A stretch of DNA of 64,000 bases from an uncultured Bacteroidales bacterium. Lineage in GTDB: Bacteria; Bacteroidota; Bacteroidia; Bacteroidales; DTU049. Below the pieces are notes generated by a model. The model made no database searches. It saw nothing but the letters and a program-made list of their open reading frames with translations, and had not been told where the DNA came from. Each line of letters starts with the position of its first letter. The first letter of the stretch is position 1. Location: assembly GCA_964428185.1 (NCBI GenBank), contig CAYRXH010000004.1:5726-69725 (forward strand), in the 5' to 3' direction. The position numbers and the translations under genes were made by a program. Shown here piece after piece: positions 19,966-27,968 of the stretch.

Positions 19966-20949
19966 TTATCTGACTTTGATTTTTTGTCCGATTTGTAGTG
20001 TTGAAGTTCTGTTCATTCTGTTCAGTTTACAAAGCCTGTCAACAGTGGTACCGTATTTGATGGCAATATGACCGAGAGTATCTCCTTTTCTAACAACATG
20101 ATAGGTTGCATTCGGATCATAGTTGTAATTTTTGGTTGAAGATGATCCTCCGGTCTGTACTCCCTTATGATTTGTTGTCATTTTAAAACTGTTTGCTGTC
20201 AGAACCAGGGTATCAGATTTGAGACGGAGTGAATCATATTCAATGGCAAGCGTGGGATCAAAGGGTTTGTCAAGATACCTCATCTCAAAATGCAGGTGAT
20301 CGCCTGTCCATGTGGCTCCGGTATTTCCTCCTGTTCCGATGATCTGTCCGGCTTTGACAACCTGATTGGGCTGAACATAAATGTGATTCAGATGGGCATA
20401 ATAGGTTTCAAGACCATTGAAATGTCGTATGATAACAAGCTTGCCATACCCTCCGGTATTAAATTTGGCATATCTTACCTTTCCGTCAAATGCAGATTTT
20501 ACCGGTTCTCCCTTGTCAAGGTGTATATCAATGCCGTTGTGGGGAGTTCTTCCTCTCCAGCCAAAGCCGGAATTGATTCTATTGTAATAGGGAAGGACAA
20601 ATTTCCTGTTTTCATCGGTTAGTCGGATAACTACTGTATCAGGTACTACAGCTTTTGTCGGATAGGAATAGACAAAGGTCTGTTCATTATCCCACCATTG
20701 AGTAAAAATTGACATGGTATCAGCCATCTCCTGATCTCTTTTCAGTGCTTCAATATCTGCAAAAAATTCCCAAGTATTATTGTCATACAATATTATTTTT
20801 TCGTTGTTATAGAGAACAGTGTCCATTACTTTCACATCAGTGCCGGTTAGCGGGTCTTGTCCATGTGCAAGAAAAGGAAGAAGAAAGATGAATGAAAACC
20901 GAAAAAAATAAACTCTTTTTTGAAAAAATCGGATCATAACAGAAAACAT
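19966..20949 (-). CDS. M23 metallopeptidase with C-terminal LysM domain
   Basis: HxxxD motif HNGIDI and HxH motif GDHLHFE. LysM sequence YHVVRKGDTLGHIAIKYGTTVDRLCKLN. The ORF-track start at 20967 is TTG, and the ATG at 20949 gives a cleaner signal peptide. Confidence 0.85.
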   Translation of the reverse strand: MFSVMIRFFQKRVYFFRFSFIFLLPFLAHGQDPLTGTDVKVMDTVLYNNEKIILYDNNTWEFFADIEALKRDQEMADTMSIFTQWWDNEQTFVYSYPTKAVVPDTVVIRLTDENRKFVLPYYNRINSGFGWRGRTPHNGIDIHLDKGEPVKSAFDGKVRYAKFNTGGYGKLVIIRHFNGLETYYAHLNHIYVQPNQVVKAGQIIGTGGNTGATWTGDHLHFEMRYLDKPFDPTLAIEYDSLRLKSDTLVLTANSFKMTTNHKGVQTGGSSSTKNYNYDPNATYHVVRKGDTLGHIAIKYGTTVDRLCKLNRMNRTSTLQIGQKIKVR

Positions 20950-21037
20950 ATTTTTTTGAGCCTTCAAAGATATTACAATTTTTCTGATAAGGTTTTATAA
21001 TATAGTAAAAAAGTTGACAAATAAGTAGTTGCGTTTT

Positions 21038-22066
21038 TTATCTGCTCATGAGTAGCTGTATCGCTTCATCAAGTATATTGTCAGATCCAGTGATATTGTG
21101 ATCTGGCAGAAGGTCAATCTGAATGTGTGGAGGAACACCGTTTTCATAATTTTTGCCATCTATAGCAATCGTTCTTGTAACAGAAAATCTATAGGTCCAT
21201 CCATTGGGGAGCTGACCCCCGTTGGGAAGTCCAAGACCGCCTCCGGTTGTGTCTCCCATAAGTGTTATGTTATCCAAAGCCAAGCAGGAAACGGCAAAGA
21301 AGGATGCTGCGCTGTATGTCCCTCGATCAGTAAGAACAACGATTGGGTTCAGATATTTATCACCCTCATAAGGGTCGATATATACTGGAATAGGGTCGCT
21401 GAAGGTAGTGTCGGGTGAGTCTCCCTTATATCCTGATTTGATCTGACTGGTATAAATAAGTGTTTCATTGTTAATAAAACGACTGAGCAAGCTAAACACA
21501 TTTGTAATATACCCGCCACCATTCTGACGAATGTCAAAAATGAGTCCCCGGGTATCACTATATCTGTCAATGATGTAGTTGAGTTGAGCAGATGTGATGC
21601 TGTTGCTGAAACTGGAATATCTGATATACCCGATTTCTTCATTTTCCAGAAAGCCATGAATAAATGGTCCTGTGTATGTGATACCATCTCCAAGATAATT
21701 GTCTTTTATGATTGTAAAGTCAATATTGACAGTTCCAAGTGAAGTAATATCAAATCGTGAAGTTTTAAAGGGAGAAATGAGATTAACATGCCCATCCTGC
21801 AATTCATTGAGCATCAGAGCTAGAACATCGAAAAGTTCTTCGTCCTCCATGTCTTCCGTAATCATTGTGTTATATCTTGCATAAACGGAATCCCATTCAA
21901 CATCTTTCACATCAAAAAAGGAGTATCCCATTTCAACTTTCTGCCAGAGCCAGACGAAGTTACTTCTTGGTGTATCTTCAATATCCTTTCCAAGGAACAC
22001 TTTTTCACAAGCGATGAGTGTTAAGGAGAAAAGGAGTGTCAGGATGGCCAGTTTATAGTTTTTCAT
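21038..22066 (-). CDS. S41-family serine peptidase, lipoprotein, no obvious PDZ
   Basis: 342 aa with lipobox LTLIAC. S41 motifs IFDIRQNGGGY and DRGTYSAASFF. Confidence 0.8.
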   Translation of the reverse strand: MKNYKLAILTLLFSLTLIACEKVFLGKDIEDTPRSNFVWLWQKVEMGYSFFDVKDVEWDSVYARYNTMITEDMEDEELFDVLALMLNELQDGHVNLISPFKTSRFDITSLGTVNIDFTIIKDNYLGDGITYTGPFIHGFLENEEIGYIRYSSFSNSITSAQLNYIIDRYSDTRGLIFDIRQNGGGYITNVFSLLSRFINNETLIYTSQIKSGYKGDSPDTTFSDPIPVYIDPYEGDKYLNPIVVLTDRGTYSAASFFAVSCLALDNITLMGDTTGGGLGLPNGGQLPNGWTYRFSVTRTIAIDGKNYENGVPPHIQIDLLPDHNITGSDNILDEAIQLLMSR

Positions 22067-22072
22067 AGATGT

Positions 22073-22918
22073 TTATTTAAATCTGTAAATCAAAGAAAAC
22101 CCCAGTGTTTGTGTTGCCATTTGGAGAGAATTGGTCAGATAATTCTTGCTCGTGAAGACATGAAAATTGTAGCCAAATTCATAAGCATTTCCGTTATTCA
22201 GGAAACGGGTAAGACTTATCCTTGCAGTGGTTCCCGAAAAAACAAGGGCATGCCACTGGTAGTCTTCAAGCAGCTGATTGTTGTTTGTTGTACTGTGTGA
22301 TACATATGAGAAGCCTGGACGAAGAAGAACACCGGCAAAAGGCATCAGTAGATATGCTGATACTTCCCATAATCTCTCGCCTTTTGAATAATTCAAAAAC
22401 CAGATATTTCGCTCAACTGCAGGAATGACAAAAGCACGCTGTAAGCGGGTGTTGACTGACAGAAGCATGTAATTGTCAAGAACAAATCCTGCATTCATAT
22501 ACTGAGATGATATTCTTGTTGAAATGAAATGAGTGAGTCCTCCGCCCATAAAGAACTGAATATTGTTGTTTGTAGGGAAATTGATAAAGTAGTTTGCCGA
22601 GGTTCTTACATTCACTGCCTGAGTCTTGTAATATGTGCCTCCGGCAAGCACCTGATAGACACCTGCATCGGCAAGACTTTGAATTTCAAACATTGAATAT
22701 GGTTTTATTGCGCGATATCCGAGACTTAGGTTTCCCAGCCATGAGGAATAGGTGAGGGGAGATACTCCCATGTCCCTAAATGATGAATGTGAAATTCCTC
22801 CGCCATTTACCAGATAGCATTTTGATTTTGGTCTCAAAGTGTCAGCTTTCTGACAGAATACCCAAGTTGGATTTGAATTGAGTAGGATGAGAATTATAAT
22901 TTTTAAAATGGTTTTCAT
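22073..22918 (-). CDS. Hypothetical outer-membrane beta-barrel protein
   Basis: 281 aa with a signal peptide. Alternating hydrophobic/polar strand pattern throughout and an aromatic C-terminus GFSLIYRFK. I recognised no family. Confidence 0.5.
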   Translation of the reverse strand: MKTILKIIILILLNSNPTWVFCQKADTLRPKSKCYLVNGGGISHSSFRDMGVSPLTYSSWLGNLSLGYRAIKPYSMFEIQSLADAGVYQVLAGGTYYKTQAVNVRTSANYFINFPTNNNIQFFMGGGLTHFISTRISSQYMNAGFVLDNYMLLSVNTRLQRAFVIPAVERNIWFLNYSKGERLWEVSAYLLMPFAGVLLRPGFSYVSHSTTNNNQLLEDYQWHALVFSGTTARISLTRFLNNGNAYEFGYNFHVFTSKNYLTNSLQMATQTLGFSLIYRFK

Positions 22919-22973
22919 ATTTACTTATTGATAAAAAAATAATACACTAATTCAAAACCGTGAATCTTGCGGT

Positions 22974-25900
22974 TTATTGCCGGAAAAATTTTCCTGTATA
23001 TTGTTCTGTTTCAAACTGAAACAAAATCATATAAAGACCTGCAGGGAGGTGACTGATATCAAGCGACAAAGCTTTGCAATTTGCTTCAATGTGATCAATG
23101 TAAATGCATTGTGCTGTAGCGTTGTACAGAGTCAAAATACCATTCTGATTTGTTGCAGGGAGTTTGATTATTATATACTCATTTGCAGGATTTGGATACA
23201 CAATGACAATGTCTTGCTGTGAATCAATAATACCAACAAATGTGACATTTACCTGTTGTGTCAAAGTGTCTGCGCCGCAACTGTTCTGCACAATCAGTGT
23301 AACGGAATAGTTCCCTGAACCTGAATAAGTATGAACAGGATGTTCATCAGTACTGCTTGTTCCGTCACCAAAATCCCAGTACCAGCTTGTACCTGTGGAT
23401 TGGTTTGTGAAGCTCACATCCAGCCCATTGACAGAGTATGTGAAATCAGCCATCGGATAATGTTCTCCTTCGATAATGATTGAATTGGTGGTGGCAGAAC
23501 ATCCACCGGTATTGATTTCAGCATAATATGTTCCTGCCTGTCCGACTGCTAGATAATCAACGCCGATATTGCCGGGTTGCCATGTGTAGGTTCCGGTCAG
23601 CGGTCCTGAAAGGATTATTGAATCTGCCAGACACAGTGAAGTTCCCGGCCATGCTTCAATGGTTGTATCTGAAATAAGGACATGCACCTCTTTCAGGGCA
23701 GAAGGACCAGGACAAATGGGTTGAACTTGCCAGTTGTAGAAAAAGTAATAATATTTTGCAGCATTGGGATACGCGGCACTACTTCTGTTGATTGATAGCA
23801 AGCCTGGAATTTCAAGGGGATAGAAATCAGGACCGTTTGGATCACCGTTTCTGAAAAGCTTGCAGTATTGACCTGCTCCAAGTTTGTAATCATTGTCAGG
23901 TAGCAAAATATAATCAAGGGCGACAGTGTTCAGCCCTGTTGTCAGATAGTGTGTTGAAGTGTAAATCACCTCATCATTCCCGTTTTTCAAAGTAAAAATC
24001 CTGTCCCCGTTGTCTTGAGCATAGACATCGACAGTTTTCAGGATCAATGGCTGGAATACATCAAATCCAAGATGGTGAACTGTTGAAGAGTTAAAATATC
24101 CACCTGTGCCCGAGTTAGTAAGTTTTCCTCCATACAAAGATGCTCCGGTTTTAAAATCTCTGCAATAAATGTTTGTTTGGGGGTCTTCAGCGTAAAAATC
24201 CAGAGTGTCTGTATATGCAATTGGAGTTAATGAACTGGGAGAATCATACCAGAACACTTCCTGTCCGTTGCCGCCTGGAATTCTTACTGTTGAAGGTTTA
24301 CAAACAGATATAACTGTATCATTAAGACTTGATGACTGATTGATTGTGAATAAATTCAACTGTGTAAGAGTGTCAGATCCATGCAAATTTGAAACAATCA
24401 GTTCAACGGTAAATGTACCGTTTGTAAGGTATTCGTGAACCGGATTCTGAAGTGATGAACTGTTTCCGTCTCCGAAATTCCATTCCCATTCTGTGGGTTG
24501 ATACAGACTGATATCACTGAACTGAATAATGTTTCCGCAGGGATCAATATTTTCAGTTTCAAACATGGCAACTGGTGGCAATGCCGGTTGTGTGCAATTC
24601 CAGTTAATTTCAAACCCTTCATATCCGGCATTGACAGGGGCATACATGAGAACAGTCACTGTGTCATTGGGCACGACCAGAGGACCCACGGGTGCATTGC
24701 TGTTACAATAGGTCACAATTTCAGTGCCTGTGGCTGAAGAGCCTGAAATAATCCTCAGATATGCCTGGCTGCATCCGCTTGATGCCTGAATATCGAACAT
24801 GTTGAAATTCAGCGTAATCTGAGATGCGCCGGGTGAAACAATAGCAGTTTCACTGTTAGTCCCATTCAGATATGGCATATCATTACCATTGTCTTTGAGA
24901 ATACCTGAACAGGCAATGAGTTCCTGGTATCCTGTCGGAGGCATGAGGTTTGTACACGCTGAGTCGATCCACAGATGAACGGAACTGGTGTCATTTCCAA
25001 AAGGTGATTCAGCAATCAGGGAAATAGTTTGCCATCCGCTTTGAGAAAAAATGATGCTGTGAGGCCCTTCTCCTATAGCTGTAGCAGGAAATGCATGAAT
25101 ACCAAAATCCCAAAGCAATTCTGTATAAAAACCTGAAGAGGTATTGGAGAAAATAACCTCATCCTCTGTACATGGTGAATCTGGTTCAGTGACTTCAAAT
25201 CCTGCAAATACACAGTTTCCTGAGTTGGCAATTGAGACTATGAAAGGTTTTGTGTTTTTGGATGATATGGTAAGTATGAGATTATTTGAGGCTGTTGGGG
25301 TAAAATGTATGATCCCGCTCCCTCCGCTGAGAAGCACCATTCCTATCAACTCGCCATCAGCAGTAAGGGTTGCGAGAGCATCTGGGATATTACAGGAATT
25401 AATCGAAATTGTTGAATCTGTACATTGAATGGTGTTCTGATAGGTGGCAGTGATAACCACAGGTTCCTCAGTAAAAATTCTCATGGCTGGATCACCAAAA
25501 TAATGAAAAAGATTGAATTGATACTCTTCTAAACCCCATGGATCGCCCCATGTTTGAGTCATGCTCAGGTTTGCCTGACTGATTGCATCTCCCATTTTTA
25601 ATATTTGACCGTGACTTGTGACAGTACCAGGGATGTGAGCACTACCTGTAAAATTGGGGGTCAATCCGGGAACAGCAAAAATTGCATCCACAAGCCCCAT
25701 TGACAAAGCATCATTGTATCCGCTGTAACTTACCTCGGCATGAGCAAATACACCAACTGCACCTCCATTTGCATGTCTGAGAAATGCCTCTGAGAAACAT
25801 TCGGAAACAAGAAATTTACCTGTCTGACAATTTACACTGGAAACAACCGGAAGCTTGTCTCCGTTGGTTAGAGCTGCCACATTGGTATTATTGTATGCAG

Positions 25901-27305
25901 GATCACCCCAGCCGGTTTCATAGCCATGATCACGGTGATACACAAAGAAAGTACCTGAATTGATCTGATTTCTGATATCATTGGCATCACCATCCCATGG
26001 AAATGTTGGCTTGCGCAAATAGGTAGGCACCGGCTCTCCCCCGCTGTAGTAGCCGTCATTCCAGTAGAGGGGTGTGGTAGTGCTCTCTGTATAAAACACT
26101 CTTGACACACTTTTTCCGATACTTAATGTGAGGTATTGCAAAATTTCTTCAGCAGTTTGTGCAAAACGACGGTCAGCATAGTCATCACCATTATCATCCT
26201 GAAAATATGCAGCTGCTAGTGCTGTGTTATAAAAAGAAGACAGGGTGACAGGGTTTTTCTCGTAATTGACAATTTTTTCCACAACAGAGATTGCCTGCTG
26301 AGGGTTTGTAACTGATATTCTTCCAATTGCCAAATCAGGAAAATAGTCATCTCCACCATCCATATTTGCATACATCCTGTCTGTGGGAAATAATCCGATA
26401 TTAGAAATATACTGAATTCCGGGTATTTTATTATGATCACCCAGCAAAAGCACATATTCTACGGGATTGCTGCTGTGGTATCTTTCAAGTATGGCCTGAT
26501 AAATCTGAGAACTGGTCCATAAGGTCTGTGACAAAATTTCAGTTTCATATCCGGTCTGTTCTCTCCATTCGGCAATGGTTTGTGCAGCATTAATATAATC
26601 TGATGAAGTTATAATGAGATATTGCATTGCATCATCAGGAGTACGCTCTGCAGAATATAACTCATAGGTTTCCTTATTGATCAGGGTATTCATCAGTACA
26701 GGCTGTAAATAACTGTTTGCTTTACCGGCAAATAATCCGTCTCCAGTAAATTCAATACGGAAAACTCGATGAATGACAAGTGTTTTTTCATGAGGATTGA
26801 ATGTGAACGGACATATTCTGATCATTGAAACTTTCTGCTCTTTAAAGAGCTGTGTTGTAACAATTTGTGCCTGTTGCTCCGGCCATGCGGTCCCATGTGT
26901 GTAAAAATCTTCATCGATAATAAATTCAGGAGAAGGAACACCAACAAGATCAACAGCTATGCCAATCCATGGATAGATATTAATGTTTTTTATGGTATCA
27001 CTTTGTATTGAAACAAAACGAATTTCGCTGGTTTCTGAATAATCAGCCAGAAGTATGCTGAATGCAGGCAGTGCAGGTCTGCCAATAAACTGAGTATATC
27101 CTGTCCCTGATATAAAAGGGACACTGTATGTTACATTATTATGTTCTATAGTATTCATCTGAACAGTTCCGTTAAGGGCATATTCAGCGACAAATTCAGT
27201 GGGTGACTGGTACAGAATTCTTGCATCAATCGTGGCATTATTTCTTTGTTGGGCGTTGGAGTTCAGAAAAATCAGAAATCCGAAAACAGTAAGTACATAT
27301 CTCAT
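22974..27305 (-). CDS. Gingipain-like C25 cysteine peptidase with PKD, CUB-like and T9SS type-A C-terminal domains
   Basis: 1443 aa with a signal peptide. Propeptide-like N-terminus (GRPALPAF). C25 His/Cys contexts YHRDHGYETGWG and SSVNCQTGKF. PKD signatures WNFGDGNSSSLQNPVHEY and WDFGDGTSSTDEHPVHTY. C-terminal sorting domain VIVYPNPANEYIIIKL...GLYMILF. Confidence 0.85.
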   Translation of the reverse strand: MRYVLTVFGFLIFLNSNAQQRNNATIDARILYQSPTEFVAEYALNGTVQMNTIEHNNVTYSVPFISGTGYTQFIGRPALPAFSILLADYSETSEIRFVSIQSDTIKNINIYPWIGIAVDLVGVPSPEFIIDEDFYTHGTAWPEQQAQIVTTQLFKEQKVSMIRICPFTFNPHEKTLVIHRVFRIEFTGDGLFAGKANSYLQPVLMNTLINKETYELYSAERTPDDAMQYLIITSSDYINAAQTIAEWREQTGYETEILSQTLWTSSQIYQAILERYHSSNPVEYVLLLGDHNKIPGIQYISNIGLFPTDRMYANMDGGDDYFPDLAIGRISVTNPQQAISVVEKIVNYEKNPVTLSSFYNTALAAAYFQDDNGDDYADRRFAQTAEEILQYLTLSIGKSVSRVFYTESTTTPLYWNDGYYSGGEPVPTYLRKPTFPWDGDANDIRNQINSGTFFVYHRDHGYETGWGDPAYNNTNVAALTNGDKLPVVSSVNCQTGKFLVSECFSEAFLRHANGGAVGVFAHAEVSYSGYNDALSMGLVDAIFAVPGLTPNFTGSAHIPGTVTSHGQILKMGDAISQANLSMTQTWGDPWGLEEYQFNLFHYFGDPAMRIFTEEPVVITATYQNTIQCTDSTISINSCNIPDALATLTADGELIGMVLLSGGSGIIHFTPTASNNLILTISSKNTKPFIVSIANSGNCVFAGFEVTEPDSPCTEDEVIFSNTSSGFYTELLWDFGIHAFPATAIGEGPHSIIFSQSGWQTISLIAESPFGNDTSSVHLWIDSACTNLMPPTGYQELIACSGILKDNGNDMPYLNGTNSETAIVSPGASQITLNFNMFDIQASSGCSQAYLRIISGSSATGTEIVTYCNSNAPVGPLVVPNDTVTVLMYAPVNAGYEGFEINWNCTQPALPPVAMFETENIDPCGNIIQFSDISLYQPTEWEWNFGDGNSSSLQNPVHEYLTNGTFTVELIVSNLHGSDTLTQLNLFTINQSSSLNDTVISVCKPSTVRIPGGNGQEVFWYDSPSSLTPIAYTDTLDFYAEDPQTNIYCRDFKTGASLYGGKLTNSGTGGYFNSSTVHHLGFDVFQPLILKTVDVYAQDNGDRIFTLKNGNDEVIYTSTHYLTTGLNTVALDYILLPDNDYKLGAGQYCKLFRNGDPNGPDFYPLEIPGLLSINRSSAAYPNAAKYYYFFYNWQVQPICPGPSALKEVHVLISDTTIEAWPGTSLCLADSIILSGPLTGTYTWQPGNIGVDYLAVGQAGTYYAEINTGGCSATTNSIIIEGEHYPMADFTYSVNGLDVSFTNQSTGTSWYWDFGDGTSSTDEHPVHTYSGSGNYSVTLIVQNSCGADTLTQQVNVTFVGIIDSQQDIVIVYPNPANEYIIIKLPATNQNGILTLYNATAQCIYIDHIEANCKALSLDISHLPAGLYMILFQFETEQYTGKFFRQ

Positions 27306-27474
27306 ATATGGGATTATTTAAACATGTAAAAATACAATAAACTAATTAAATTAAACAATAATTTATAGTGTCTGGTTGGCATGTGCTAAAAAAATGCGAA
27401 AGAACCACCTTTTTCAAGTGAATTTGGTTTGAATATTAGTGAATAATCAGTGTTTGAACTCGGGAAATAATTGA

Positions 27475-27774
27475 TTAGCTATCAATGAGGCTTATTGTAT
27501 ATATTCCTGATGAAATCATGATCACGAGTTTGTGTTCTGCTTCAGGATGTAGAATAATGGTTTCTTTATGAACAATTTGCCCCTGTTCATTTGTAAATCT
27601 TAATAATATATTCACCTTAGAAAGAGTTGTTTGTTTTAAGCATGCCTAATTCAGATGTAGAATTGGGAAAAAATGAAAAACTATTGTGTTGTGTACATTG
27701 ATAAAAGTACAATCAATGACATTTACTGGAACAGCATCAATATTTACACACTTATTGACAGAAAAAGAAAATTT
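27475..27774 (-). pseudogene. Decayed fragment resembling a T9SS type-A C-terminal sorting domain
   Basis: The minus-strand frame reads ...NTIVFHFFPILHLN*ACLKQTTLSKVNILLRFTNEQGQIVHKETIILHPEAEHKLVIMISSGIYTISLIDS*. The in-frame TAG is at 27646-27648. No ATG start and no cargo part are present. Spacing of the ILLRF...GIYTISL elements matches the neighbouring C25 CTD (ILTLY...GLYMILF). Confidence 0.35.
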
Positions 27775-27968
27775 TTAAAAGTAAGTTCAGTGTCAAAAAA
27801 ATCTCACAAAAGATCAGGTTTTACTGATTTTTCAAAACGATATGATTTTGTCGAACAACGGTGATAGCATATTATTATTTTTCACTTATTTGAGATTTTA
27901 AAAATTTTTGGGGTGTAGATTTTATAGTTGTAATTTTAAATTTCTTAGGTTTGCAAAAAAAAACCTCA

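Noticed and set aside
22974-27305. Reading the C25 protein plus downstream barrel as the T9SS sortase pair PorU-PorV.
   Set aside because: The protein has a gingipain-type propeptide-like N-terminus, several PKD and CUB-like cargo-type domains and a canonical type-A CTD. The barrel is about 100 aa shorter than PorV. A cargo protease is more likely, but a profile search should confirm this.
27673-27864. 63-aa plus-strand ORF in the long intergenic region.
   Set aside because: The peptide is Lys-rich and low-complexity. It overlaps the CTD-like remnant on the other strand and contains the 27809-27832 hairpin. Nothing supports it as a gene.
27866-27968. Possible SAM or other riboswitch upstream of the methionine-gamma-lyase-like gene.
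   Set aside because: The region is almost pure A/T. It has none of the conserved GC-rich cores of SAM-I, SAM-II or related elements that I can recognise.
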